This document shows positions 36,953 through 50,068 of a DNA stretch of 64,000 nt, one piece after another; position 1 is the stretch's first letter, and every line of letters starts with the position of its first letter. The position numbers and the translations under genes were made by a program. The notes beneath the pieces were generated by a model that did no database searches, was not told where the DNA came from, and saw nothing but the letters and a program-made list of their open reading frames with translations. Origin of the DNA: Narcine bancroftii (Eukaryota); assembly GCF_036971445.1 (NCBI RefSeq), contig NC_091476.1:93124001-93188000 (forward strand). Direction: 5' to 3'.

Positions 36953-38327
36953 ACTTCAAGCACACTCCTGAAGGATCTGGGGACAAGAAAAAAAGTAGGT
37001 TTGAACGATGAGGTAGCAAATGATTCACTGACCCCTGATGACATTACAGGAGGTGGGCAGAAGATGGCGAAATGGAGCAGCTTCAATCAGATGAATGAAA
37101 CTCCCTGAGGTCTTTACTGCAATAATTAGGAAAACATTTCCACTTTGTTCCACCATATATCCTCATTGATCAATTTTCAAAAAGTTGGAAAGAAGAGACA
37201 TTCAATTGGCATTAGTCAATTTTTATACTATGTATTTTTCATGTATGCTGGGCAAATCTTGTGACCATAAATCAGCCACTCTGGGCCATAGCACATTTAA
37301 GGGGACCAGGGTCTGAAATCATAAAATATTTTAAAAATGTTTTATGTAGTTGGCAGGAGAGAAGCACAGAAGGAACCTTCTTTGTGACTTCTTTGCAGGG
37401 AAGGGGGCCTATAAACTTTGAACAGAGACAAAAATAGGTTGCGAATAGCTGGCATAAATGTTGAATTTTATGCACAAGCTTAAAAATAAAGATTGAGAGT
37501 GATAACCAATTTTTATGCTTGTATTTTTTGGTAATTAATTAAGCATTAATATCAAAAAGGCTGCTGGACAATTCCCCTTCATTATTGAAATGATATTTAG
37601 GGTTCTTAAATTTGGCACCTGTGATAATGAAACAACACCTTTCTAGTGGTTTGTCAGCTGTATTGTTTGCTTACGCTGTAATGTAAAGGTTTGACACACA
37701 ACCTACATCCATCGACACTAGTCACAGCTATATACTGGGTTAATTGTCCATTGTTTTGCTTACAATGTCACCTTGAATGTAGAGCAGGCTAAATGCCCCA
37801 CTTTCCAAGGTATTATCTAGGACAGTCACATGTGTTTTTTTTATATATGAAGACTGGAATTGTACCAGTGCAGAGCAAATAGGATACAATATTTTATTTT
37901 AGGAATGCATTGTACTACTGTTTGGAAATATTTTTTTTATCACAGAGCACCTTTATCGATGTCAGTGAATGCATACTGCTTCTACATTCATGTATTCATA
38001 TATAGCCAACAGCACTGTGTCCTTTGACCTGCTTTAGTTACTTGCTAAAGAAGCAGCCAAAAATAACATCATTAATCACTTGCACGAGGCAGAGGCTTGA
38101 CTGAGTTAACACAGCTTGTTATATAGAAATGGCATAATATCGCTGATATCAGTGTGCAGCCTATCTGGGCAGCAGGTGGAAAGTAATCATCTATTTTCCC
38201 CCCACTGCAAATAACAACATTTCCAGGTTAATTGCAGAACAATTTACATTGCCAGTGATGAAGCCATTTTGGAGAGCAGTTAAGAGTCAAGAGCAATGCT
38301 GTAGATCTAGAATCACATGTGTTGAGT

Positions 38328-39910
38328 TAAAAACACATAGAAATGATGGAGGAACTCAACCAGTTTCATAGCATCCACAGGAGGTAAAGATCTATTACTG
38401 ATGTTTCAGGCTTAAGCCTGTCTTCAAGGTATAAGCAAAGAACAGGAAGGGATCATAATAAAGACTGAAGACTGGCATGGGGTGGAGTCCAAACAATAAA
38501 AGGTGTTAATTGGATATGATAAAATGAGAGCTGAGAAATGATTCTGGCTCAGTGAAAGGAGACAGAAGGAAAAGGGAAAAAAGGGAGAGAGAAAGAGACA
38601 GAGCTGAGGGAGAGGAGACAGGGGTGAAAAGTTGGTGGTGGAGGGGGTTAATGGAAACCAGAGAAGTCGATGATAATGCCATCAGGTTGGAGGGTGTCCA
38701 GATTGAGGATGAGGTGTTGTCCCTCCAATTTGACGGTCGTCTCAATCTGGCAGTGCATGAGACCAGGTCAGCAAAGGAATGGGATTGGGAATTGAAATGC
38801 ATGGCCACTAGGAGATCCCCACTATTGTGCCAGACAAGGCTGTGGTGCTCAATAAAGCGATCTTCCAGTCTCTCCAATGTAGAGGAGACCACAATGGGAG
38901 CACCGGATGCAGTAGATGACCCCTGTAGATTCACAAGTGAAACATTACTTCACTTGGAAGGACTGTTCGGGGCCTGGAATGATGATGAGGGAGGATGTGT
39001 GGGTGCAAGTGGAGCGTCTCCTACGGTCACCGAGGTAGGTGCCAAGTGGACAATTGGTGAGGAGGGAGGAGTGGGCAAGGAAGTCACAGAGGAAGCAGTC
39101 CCTGCAGAAAGGGAGAGGGAAAGAGGGAAATACATTTCTAGTGGTGCAAAATTGGCAGAGTAGGATCTGATGGACACACAGGCTGGTGGGGTGGTAGGTG
39201 AGAACAAGGGAAATCCTGTCCTTGTTGCACATGGGGGCAGAGGGGGCTGGGAAGGATGTGGATGTAATGGATGAGGGCCAAGTTGATGGTGGTTGAGGGA
39301 AGGCCATGTTGCTTGAAGTAGGAGAACATCTCTGATGTTCTCAGAGTAGGTGCAACGGTGACAGGAATTGAGAGAAGGGACTGGAATACTTACAGGGATC
39401 AGGGTATGAAGAGTTGTAGTCAAGATAGCTGTGGGATTTGGTGGGTTTCTAAAAGATGTCTGTCGAGAGTTTGGCTCCCGAGATGGAGGAAAGGGAAAGT
39501 GCTGTTGGAGATGGACCAAATGAATTTTATATGGAAGTTGTCAGCAAAGTAGATGGTCAATGAGCTCATTGAGCACCAAAGTAGCAGAGGAAGAGTTGAG
39601 GGGCCTTGCCTGTGTAGGCTTGAGGCTTGTATCATGGATTACTCCACATAGCCAATAAAAAGGCAGGCATAGCTCGGGCCCCTGTGCATACCATTGGTGA
39701 CCCCTTTGACTTGGAGAAAGTGGGATGTCAAAGGATGTTATTGAGAGTGAGGACAAGTTCTGCTGGCTGGAGATGGGTGGTGATGGAGGGGGACTGGTTG
39801 GATCTGTGTCCAGAAAGAAACTAAGGGCTTTAAGGCTTTCAGTATGGGGGATGGAGATGAATAATGATTGGATGTCCATGGTAAATAGGAGGCAATTGAG
39901 ATCAGGGAAC
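38328..39910 (-). mobile_element. Penelope-like element, 5'-truncated
   Basis: RT LLFTMDIQSLFISIPH. GIY-YIG GVIYCIRCSHCGLLYIGETGR. Tail with a hammerhead-like motif at 38403-38429. Confidence 0.92.
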
Positions 39911-41109
39911 TCATTTTTTTCACATATATGCCTCATTAGATAATAGCAACAGCATTTCTTATCCTAAGGAATGGAGTGATCTAGCTGGATTTCTCTCATT
40001 TCACGCTCACCTTTCTGATAGCCATGCATTATTCGAGAAGCATTTAATTGACTGAATTTTAATTACCCCAGTCACTGTTGTGAGATAAATCATAAGGCCA
40101 GAAGTTAACTGCACCAAATTCTGTCCTATTCACAACTTTTTAGACAATACATTCCTGAATGTATCAGGCCCAAGATAACTCAGGAATGGGCCTGATAAAA
40201 TGCAAATAATATTCATGCTGAGCCATGATCATCAACTCCAGTTCTCTATTGCCTAGTTTGTGAAATTATCCCTTCATTTCAAATCTGTCAATTTCAATTG
40301 CCATTGAGATTGGTAATGCTGCTTGTCTCATCTTTGTTGCGACCCATGGAGCAAGGAGCTGTTGATGATCTGGGTGGATCTCATGACCACCATTATTCTG
40401 GGGATTATCACTATTAAAATATCTACAGGATCATGTCAGATGCTCGGTAAAACGTCTCACCTCAGTTACCAATGGTAACAGCTCCCAGTGCTGGTTTCTG
40501 GTGAACCATGAATGAAAAACTCTTTGAAACACATTTTGCTCCGATTGAACTTCTACCAATTTTCATGTGGCTCAATGCAAGCTGCAGATGATCACATTTG
40601 CAGTTCCACTTGTTAATTTAGATCCTCTCACTTCTTCAGTAGAACTTCTTTCTCAGTAGGTTCTCATTAGGATGACAGTTTTTCCCCTTCCCATCAAATT
40701 CTTTTCTATATGATGCTATATTCTACAGGACATTTGTGCTGCAATTGACTGGAAACCAGTTTATTAACGCTGTCATTTACAAAGGCTGTTGAAAGAGCAG
40801 AGCCCCGTGTATTTAGATGATTTAGAGAAACTGGGTCACGGAATTGAACGAACCATTTACACAAAGTTTCCATTTATCACTTAAAATATTCGTGAATGGC
40901 CAAACTAACCAAGGAACTAATCATGATATGTTCCATATAGACTTTCCTGATATTGCAGTCACTGATGAATTAATAGTTTTTTTTGCCATCTCAATATCTC
41001 TTCTCCTTCTGTTGACCTCTATTGACAAATTTTGATTATGTTAGTTGAAATCTGAACACAGAGAATCCTCAGGATATGGGAGCTAATGTTAGATTACCCT
41101 ACTTCTGTG

Positions 41110-41245
41110 CAAATAATGAGGCTCAGGCCTGAAACGCAGGTTATAAAGGCTATATCCGCTATATGCTATTTACGAAGGTTATACGTGTACCTGATATGGA
41201 CATTGTGAGACCTGCGGAGTTCCTCCTGCATTTTTGCGTTTTTAA
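41110..41245 (+). mobile_element. Penelope tail fragment
   Basis: gctcaggcctgaaacg...gacctgcggagttcctcctgcatttttg. Confidence 0.65.
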
Positions 41246-41532
41246 AACAATGAGAGGAATTCATAGAGAGAAATGGTCAGTCAGTATTTTGGATTGGGAT
41301 CCTTTTCAAGGATTTATTGTTTCACTCTGTCACCATATGCAGATTAAAATTAGCATGTCATGTGTGGAGTTGCGTGTAAGTTCAGTGATAAACCACGAGA
41401 CAGATGATGGGGAAGAGAAACCCATTGCTCTTCTCTCACTCACGCAAACGAGATTAATTGTGAATAAATCCACAGACTGGTGATATTCATCAAGGAAATA
41501 AGAAAGACTGTGGATGCTAGAGAATGGGAGTA

Positions 41533-41725
41533 ACACACAAAATGCTGGAGGAACTCAATAGGTCAGACAGCATCCATGGAAGGCAATAAATAGTCAATAC
41601 TTTGGGCTGTAACCCTTCATCAGGAGCCATTTCTGACATTGATTATCTATTGCCTTCCATGTTTGCTGCCTGACCTGCTGAGCTTCTAAAGCATTTGGTA
41701 TGTTGCTACAAATACTCCATCAGTT
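41533..41725. mobile_element. Penelope-derived palindromic mini-element
   Basis: aaatgctggaggaactca..ggtcag..catggaaggcaata is inverted to tattgccttccatg..ctgacctgctgag..gcattt. Minus-strand CTGATGA core at ~41616-41622. Confidence 0.75.
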
Positions 41726-42104
41726 TTTACTCGGTAGATTCGATCCATAGGACTTGATGATAAGCCATTACCAGCAATAGTTGACCCAAATCCATGATAC
41801 TTTCTATGGCAGTATCAAGGATACAAAGATGACATCAAGCAATGATGATGACAGATAAGTGTGGGAGTTCCACAGTGTTCCATTATTAGTTATTGCTTGA
41901 GTGCTCTGATGTTGAAAATAAAAATATTTAGTGTGGCTGTAGTGGATTTTCCAGGAACTGCCTTTGAAGCCACAATAAAAATCAAGTGTGGTGGAGGAAC
42001 ATTATCCATTCCTTGTCAGAACTCTATTCAAATTCATAAAAAGAATGGACAATTTGAACAGTGAAGTGACAAGGAACTGAACTGTCCTAAGGTCACCTCA
42101 TTGA

Positions 42105-42590
42105 GTTGTCTTGTCAGAATTGGGTTGAGAGGAATCATAGAAAGGTTAAAACAAGTCAGGATATTATTCCCTGGAGTGTCAAACAATGAGAGGAGATTTG
42201 ACAGAGATATTCGCAATTATGATGGGTAACTTTTTCCACTGAGCTTAGGAGAGATAAATACTAGAGGGCAAGGGTTAAGGGGAAAAGTTTAAAGGGAACT
42301 TTAAAAAAAAAATGAACTGGGGTTGTAAGTTAATTAAATGTAAATTGGATGGCACAGACTCATGGGCCAAAATGGCCTGTTAGTCTGCTGTATGTCTAAT
42401 TTTTTTTTAATTAGGAGGAGTAGAGAGTGATGAGAATGTGAATTGGCAAATGCAGGCTCAATTTTGACATCTAGGATGGGAGGGATATGGATGGATGTGG
42501 TCTGGGTGCAGGTCAGTGGGATTTGGCAGAATAATAGACTAGAATGGCTGAAGGGCCTGTTAGTGTGCCCTACTGTACTATGGTTCTAAT
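42105..42590 (+). mobile_element. CR1 3' fragment with nested SINE 3' half (~42315-42410)
   Basis: LFPLE..MRGDL; tail ctatggttct. Confidence 0.75.
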
Positions 42591-43923
42591 ATTTGAGAGA
42601 AAAGGTTCTGGCAGAATCTTATACTGAATGTTTGTAGCCTACTGGACCTTTTCTGGTTTTGATCTATACCTATTCAAAATGGATTGATGTGAAACCCATT
42701 TCTTCATTACCACTACTGCCTGTCGTGATCTGAGTGCTGAGATTTACATATGAATCTCATGATTTACCAGAAAAGCTCATTTCTGAAATGATCTGCAGTC
42801 TGATCTGTTTCTTCATAGTGGTAAGCTTCAAATAGATCGTCCGAAAGACCATTTGGAATATTTAAGCAAGATATGCAAACCTCAGCACTGAAAATCACTT
42901 TGCTCCATTTGTACTGAAGTACAGAACAATTCTGCATACAGCCACAGGGTATATAGATCTTCATGTTGAGCAGATCAAGAACAGAATTCAGAGCAAAAAA
43001 CAACTGCTAGAGGAATTCAGAGGTTTCAGGCAGCATCTGTGGAGGCAAAAAGATAGCCAATATTTTGGTCCTTCTTTGTTTGACCAAATTTGGTTTAGAA
43101 CAGAATAGAAGCAGTCAAGTGAAACTATCAACATAACACCAATCAGAAACAATACATTTTGGGTAAAAACAAGTTGTTTATGTTCTTAGCTCACCGAGCA
43201 AGTCAAACTTGCAGAGTTATGATACGCAAATCACATTTGAGGAGAGTGAAATCTAAGGAAAGTTGATTGAAATTGATGACAGATTCCACAGATTTCTTGT
43301 AAATCAAATAATCCTGACTGAAAATGAACCGTTTGAATAATAAAAAAAATGAAGATGCTGGAGATCTGAAATAAAAACTGAAAATATTCAGTGGGGAAAA
43401 AAATAGAATGGACATTTCAAGTTGAACACTGTTTGTCGAAGCAGGGGAAGAGAGAAACAAATTGTTTTCACAGAGAGAGTAACAAATCGGGCCATGGGAT
43501 AATGTCTGATGAGGTGAGACTGGTTATCGAATAACTGATTGGTACCTGAAGTGGGTCTGGGGAAACTTTCGGGAAGCATCAAATCCACGCAAGTCAAAAT
43601 TTGAAACAGAACACTTTCAGTTCAGATCGAGAAATAAAGAGCCTGCGTGCAACCCCAGAGTGGTATAGGGCTCAGGAAGACTTCCAAAACTGTTTATCAG
43701 TCTAGATTTATGGTTTTGCATTAATTACATATATTGATATTACCTGAATCAAATTTATGCTTTAAGCATTAAAAAGTCATATATGTACTTGTTTTTCTTC
43801 CTGTATCTGTATTATTGAATTAAAAAATATTGTTATTATTTTTAATTATTATTTAATATTATTGAAGTAGGGATTCTTGTCATGTGCCTGTGATGTATTA
43901 TAATTACAGGTAGTCTGGTAGTC

Positions 43924-44276
43924 CATTGGTTTTCAACCTTTTTCTTTCCACTCGCATCCCACTTTAAGCAATCCCCATGCCATCAGTGCTCTGTGATTAG
44001 TGAGGGATTGCTTAAGGTGGGGTGCGAGTGGGAAGGGAAGGTTGAGAACCACTGCTCTAGACCCTATTGTTACTGAAATATTTTGCTTGAGAAAAATAGT
44101 CATTGGCTCATTTTCTTTGGAGTTGTGAAACAGTGCACATAACGAGTCAATGAGGTGCGATTAAAACAATAGTTTTCAATCTTTTTCTTTCTACCCACAT
44201 CCCTTACAGAGCACATATGCCATAGGGAATACTTAAAGTGGTATGTGAGTGGAAAGAAAAAGGTTGAGAACCACTG
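43924..44276. mobile_element. hAT/Charlie-like MITE doublet (43924-44054 and 44167-44276)
   Basis: TIRs of the CAGTGGTTCTCAACC type (..ggttgagaaccactg). First unit is followed by ctctagac, a typical Charlie target site. Confidence 0.8.
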
Positions 44277-45749
44277 ATTAGACTTTTCCAACAGCTTAAG
44301 CTCCCAAAGTACAAAAATAAGAGGTCCTGCCTTGTAAAGTGAAGCATTATCTTTTCGGATATGAGCATGATGTTTCTCTACACATTCACAAAGACATATA
44401 AACATGGAAACAATGAGGCTTGACCTCTTTTGCTCAATTACCTATTTTATTACCTAGTGTCTTTCTGACTTTTCAGTATCAAGCTTCACCTCAAGGCGCA
44501 TAAAATTTGAACAAATTCACTCGGGGAAGTGAACTAACTGAAAAATTAACCAATAAATGGTTGGTGATAATGTGATGCTTTATTTTCAAGGCTGACTGAG
44601 AGAGGTTTCTAAAGAAAGTGAAGTATTGTCAGAAGTAATTCGTTCCTGACACTTCTGTCTGCCTCTTTGGGACCTTCACTCATTCATTTCCCTGAGCAGC
44701 TCATTGAGAACTCTGACTGCATTTAACCTCGAGTGAATTTGGATTCATTCAATAACAATATATCAAGATAAATTCTACAGTCAGTCCTGCACATCATACG
44801 AGTGATGACACATGGACATTTATTTCCATAATTTATTAAATGCATTGCTCTGCAATCAATTACACCCAATGGCAGGTAAACACTTTGTCTCTTATTATAG
44901 AGAAACTATATCAGATGATGTATTTTCATTACTTGCTTGTTATTACAATAGAGTCACTTTAAGTGGATGATTCATTTGTTCCAAATTCTCTACCAACATC
45001 TTGAGATTAATGGACAGATGAGGGAAAGCACAGATGAACAGGCTTCAGTTGTATTTTCCATGTTATTTTGCAGGAGTCACTGTAACCCAAACCTCTCTCA
45101 ACTATTTTATTACCTCTGGGTTGAACCTGAGATTCAGTACTGAATAGGGCTTAAACAAATTCTACTAAATAAACAATGACAGGATAGAAGTCATTGTCCT
45201 TGTTCCCCACCACTAAGTTACTAAATTCCATTCTCCTCAGTCACTCTCTGTGGAATGTGACTACTTCTAACTGTTCATCATAATGACTGAATTCCTCTTC
45301 CAAACTCATATCCTCTTGATGGTGAAAGAGCACATGTTTCTTAACTTAGTAATGATAATCACCCTTCCACAACTTGTGAACCTTGCTCAATTCCTTTGGA
45401 GTACTGATCTGCAAATCTCCCTTCCGTGCAATTATTACCAGCTAATCCTTATTTTAGTTCTTTAAATCACTTCTTTTCTTTTCCCCTTTTTCAATTGATC
45501 CCTAACATTTTCGGCAAGTTCCTCTCTCTACTAACTCCCACTCCACCCCACCCTGATCATCCCAGCAACTTCTCTGACATCTCCATTAATTTATCCACCA
45601 CTGCACAAACCTCCCCTAATTTCCCCCAGTTCTAACCCATCCATCAATTTTTCCCAACCTCCCTGCCAGCTTCCTCCTGAACCAATTAATAACCTGCCTC
45701 TCTGATTCCTTGTCCAACCCTTCCACAAGCTGTGTGTTTATTTATCTTG

Positions 45750-46278
45750 TTTTCAGTTCTGGTCTCCTTACTTGAGGAAGGATGCACTGGACTCGGGGGC
45801 AGTGCAGAGGAGGTTCACCAGATTGATTCCAGAGATGAGGAGAGATTGAGTCGTCTGGGATGGTACTCATAGAAATTTAGAAGAATGAGAGAGGATCTTA
45901 TAGAAACATACAAAATTATGAAAGGCATAGATAAGATAGAGGTAGGTAAGTTGTTTCATTGGTGGGGGAGATTAGAACCAGGGGACACTGCCTCAAGATT
46001 TAGGACAGAGATTAAGGAAGGACTGCTTTTCCCAGAGGGAGTTGAATCTGTGGAATTCGCTGCCCATTGAAGCAGTGGAGGCGACCTCAGTAAATATATT
46101 TAAGACAAGGTTGGATAGTTTTTTTTCTACATAGTAGGGGAATTAAGGGGTATGGGGAAAATGAAGGTAGGTGAAGATGAGCCTATTATCAGATCAGCCA
46201 TGATCTCATTGAATGGCAGTGCAGGCTTGACGGGCTGGGTGGCCAACCCCTGCTCCTATTTCTTATGTGATTATGTTA
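45750..46278 (+). mobile_element. CR1 3' fragment
   Basis: WSPYLRKD..VQRRFTRLIP..MREDLIETYKIMKG, then 3' UTR. Confidence 0.88.
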
Positions 46279-46467
46279 TTGCTCCATTCAAATTGATGAC
46301 TCATTGTTACTCTACTCTCTGCACTGTATTTTATTCTGCTCTAATTAGATATGGATAAGACTTGCTGAATAGCATGCAAAACACACGTTTTCACTGCACC
46401 TCTCTACGTGTGACAATAAATGTGAATTAAAACTTGTACCAACCTCTACTCTGACACCTTCACTTTT

Positions 46468-46950
46468 AGAACCATAGAAAATTACAGCACAGAAACAGGC
46501 CCCTTTGGACCTTTTAGTATGTGCCGAACCATTCTTTTTAACCCAGTCCTACTGACCTGCACCCAGTCCATAGCCTTACATACCTCTCCCATCCATGTAC
46601 CTGTCCAAATTCCTCTTAAATATTCAAAATGAGCCCATATTCACTTCCTCAGGTGGCAGCTCATTTCACACTCTCATCACTCTGTGTGAAAAAGTTCTTC
46701 TTCACATTCCCCCTAAATTTTCCCTTTTTACTCTTAGCCCTTTACCTTTGGTTTGCATCTCTCCTACCCTCAGTGGAAAAAAGCCTATCTATATTTACTC
46801 TGTCTATCCCCCTCATAATTGTAAATACATCTATCAAATCTCCCCTCATTCTTCTACGTTCCACAGAATAAAATTCTAACCTGTTTAACATTTCCCTGTA
46901 GCTCAGTTTCTGAAGTCCGGGCAAAATCATAATAAATTTTCTCTGAACTC
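46468..46950 (-). mobile_element. CR1 3' fragment
   Basis: LPGLQKLSYREMLNRL..ERRRMRGDLI; tail is the reverse complement of agaaccatagaa. Confidence 0.88.
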
Positions 46951-46974
46951 TTTTTTTTCCTGGATCTTTCTCGA

Positions 46975-47640
46975 TTTAGATTAGATTTCAGATTTATTGT
47001 CAAAATACATACAGTGCATGAGCTCACTTACAACCCTGTGATTCTTTTCCCTGTGGGCGAGGCAGAATTACCACTTATTTGTAGTGGAAAAACATTGTAC
47101 ACGACATACACATGTAAACAAATAATGCATGTAAACAAACTGATTCTAGAATACAGAAAATTTTTAAAAAATCAATAAAGTGCAGAAGTAAGAGCCCTTA
47201 AATGAGTCCCTGATGGAGTTTGTTGTTGAGGAGTCTGATGGTGGAGGGGTAGCAGCTCTTCCTGAACCTGGTGGTGCAAGTCTTGTGGCACTTAAGCCTC
47301 TTTCCTGATGGCAGCAGTGAAAACAAAGCGAGTGCTGGGTGTTGTGGATCTTTGATGATCTAGATATTCTCAATAGTGGAGAGGGTTTTGCCTAGGCTGG
47401 GTCCTCTACCATTTGGAGACCTTTTATGCTCAGGGGTATTGGTGTCTCCATAACAAACTGATGCAGCCGGTCAGCACACTTTCCTTAACACATCTGTCAA
47501 AATTTGCTAGGGTTTCTGGTGTCATACCAAACCTTCAAAAACTCCTGAGGTAATAGAGGTGTTGATGTGCTTTCTTCATGGTGCCATTAGTTGGGTTCAG
47601 GAAAGATTCTCCGAGATAGTGACTCCCGAGAACTAAAATT
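46975..47640 (-). mobile_element. Rex-Babar LINE 3' fragment
   Basis: Reverse-complement homologue of 55390-56295. Confidence 0.85.
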
Positions 47641-48106
47641 TAGTTACTCCAGTAACTTACCCTGACCCCTACCTTTCCAATTCTTGACCAACCCTTCCCA
47701 ATTGCAGCCTGATCCATCTCCTTCTGTTGCAGGACGAGCTCCCCAATACCACATATCCAAGTCCTCTACTGAAGCTGTGAAGGCATGCTGGATCGGTGAA
47801 GCAATTTGAAACTCACTGTCTGATGAGATGATGAGGTTACTTTCGCAATATTTAAGAAATATTTGAACAAGCACTTGATTTGCCAAGGCATTGAAAGGCA
47901 TGGACTAAGTACAATCCTAGTAAATGGGAATTGTATTGGTAGGCACTTGATGGACAAATAACCCTTTATGTCCAATTTGACCATCAAATGCATGAGCACA
48001 GTTTCTGTGCTGTGTGACACTATGCCTCTATGACATTGACAACATGTGAAAGTGATAGGGAAAATTTAAAAAAAATGATTAATAAGACACACAATTCCAC
48101 ATTTTA

Positions 48107-49150
48107 CTCTTTCGCTTGGCTTCGTGGACGAAGATTAATGGAGGGGTAATGTCCACGTCAGCTGCAGGCTCATTTTTGGCTGAAAAGTCCGATGCGGGAC
48201 AGGCAGACACAGTTGCAGCAGTTGCAAGGGAAAATTGGTTGGTTGGGGTTGGGTTTTCCCTCCTTTGTCTTTTGTCAGTGAGGTGGGCTCTGTGGTCTTC
48301 TTCAAAGGAGGTTGCTGCCCGCCGAACTGTGAGGGGCCAAGATGCGTGGTTTGAGGTGATATCAGCCCACTGGCAGTGGTCAATGTGGCAGGCACCAAGA
48401 GATTTCTTTAGGCAGTCCTTGTACCTCTTCTTTGGTGTACCTCTGTCTCGGTGGCTAGTGGAGAGCTCGCCATATAACATGATCTTGGGAAGGCGATGGT
48501 CCTCCATTCTGGAGACGTGACCTACCCAGCGCAGTTGGATCTTCAGCAGCGTGGATTTGATGTTGTTGGCCTCTGCCATCTCGAGTATATCGATGTTGGT
48601 GATGAAGTCGCTCCAATGAATGTTGAGGATGGAGCGGAGACAATGCTGGTGAAAGCATTCTAGGAGCCGTAGGTGATGCCGGTAGAGGACCCATGATTCG
48701 GAGCTGAACAGGAGTGTGGGTATGACAACGGCTCTGTATTCGCTAATCTTTGTGAGGTTTTTCAGTTGGTTGTTTTTCCAGACTCTTTTGTGTAGTCTTC
48801 AAAAGGCGCTATTTGCCTTGGCAAGTCTGTTGTCTATCTCATTGTCGATCCTTGCATCCGATGAAATGGTGCAGCCAAGATAGGTAAACTGGTTGACCGT
48901 TTTGAGTTTTGTGTGCCCGATGGAAATGTGGGGGGGCTGGTAGTCATGGTGGGGAGCTGGCTGATGGAGGACCTCAGTTTTCTTCAGGCTGACTTCCAGG
49001 CCAAACATTTTGGCAGTTTCCGCAAAATAGGACGTCAAGCGCTGAAGAGCTGGCTCTGAATGGGCAACTAAAGTGATCGTCTGCAAAGAGTAGTTCACGG
49101 ACAAGTTGCTCTTGTGTCTTGGTGTGAACTTGCAGGCGCCTCAGATTGAA
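48107..49150 (-). mobile_element. RTE-clade LINE, 3' ~1 kb (AviRTE-like by recall)
   Basis: ELLFADD..ALVAHSE..FGLEVSLKKTEV..FTYLGC..RLAKANSAF; QLRWVGHVSRMEDHRLPK..YGEL..KRYKDCLK; tail cttcgtccacgaagccaag. Confidence 0.92.
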
Positions 49151-49304
49151 GCACAGAAGGAATGATGAACCTTTATGAAACACTGGTCTGGCTTTTGCTG
49201 GAGTATTGTTTTGAAATGCAGTCACCTCATTCGCGGGAGGACGTGACTACGTCACTGAGGATCCAGGAAAGGTTTATGGTTACAGAGTTGAGAATGGTTT
49301 CAAA

Positions 49305-49757
49305 AGGCCATTTCATGCCAGGTCTCCACCTGGAACCACTCTGTGTTTCCCAGAACAGTTCCAGTTGCATGGGAGATTACGGGTAGGTTAGACGGCCATC
49401 ATCATCTGCCACGTTTTGAGCCGCAGAGAGCGGCCCCGAAGGCCGAAGCAGCCCGGTGAGGCTGTCACAGCCTGCACTGGCTGCCCCCTGTTGGCTCCCA
49501 CTGCCCTGCCGGCTCCTGCTCGCCGACCCAGCCTTGAGGTATGAGCAGGGAGATGGGTTGCAGGCTGACGGTGTTATCAGCCTGCCCCTAACCAATCGCT
49601 TGCTACAGCTGTACATTCAAGCCAGCAGCTACTCCGATTATCCTTCCCCGAGAAGGGTTGGACTCGGCGTCTTGCATTCAGAAAGGTAAGTCTCTAGGCG
49701 TAAGGGTGGAGAACCTCCACGTTTACAGTCGGGCATTTTCCTTGCTTGAAAGGGCCT
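49305..49757. mobile_element. Non-autonomous Harbinger-like element, same family as 33088-33787 in opposite orientation, inserted in a CR1 3' remnant (~49160-50068)
   Basis: TIR aggccatttca / tgaaagggcct, TSD AAA. Shared internal blocks such as ttcccagaacagttccag.tgcatgg and cattcagaaaggtaagtc. Confidence 0.85.
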
Positions 49758-50068
49758 AAAGATGTACATTAAATGATGACGGGGCTGGACAGACTGGACA
49801 ATGGGACACTTTTCCCTTTGCTGGAGCCCTGTTAAAATATGAAGTGGAAGAGAATTAAGAGTAACATGAGGTAAAATGCTTTATTTCACAACATCTTGGA
49901 ATGCATTGCCTGCAAATGTGATGGAGACAGGTTCCTTTATGCTCTTCAGTTGAATAAATGTACGATGAAGAAAAAATGTATTCGGTGGTGTATACATGGA
50001 TTCATTTTGGTAGAGTGCTGGCATAGACATGATGGGCAAAATGGCCTCCTCTTTTTGCTATATCTATT

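Noticed and set aside
38506-39943. Cluster of 100-200-aa ORFs on both strands
   Set aside because: Off-frame or antisense readings of a decayed Penelope ORF.
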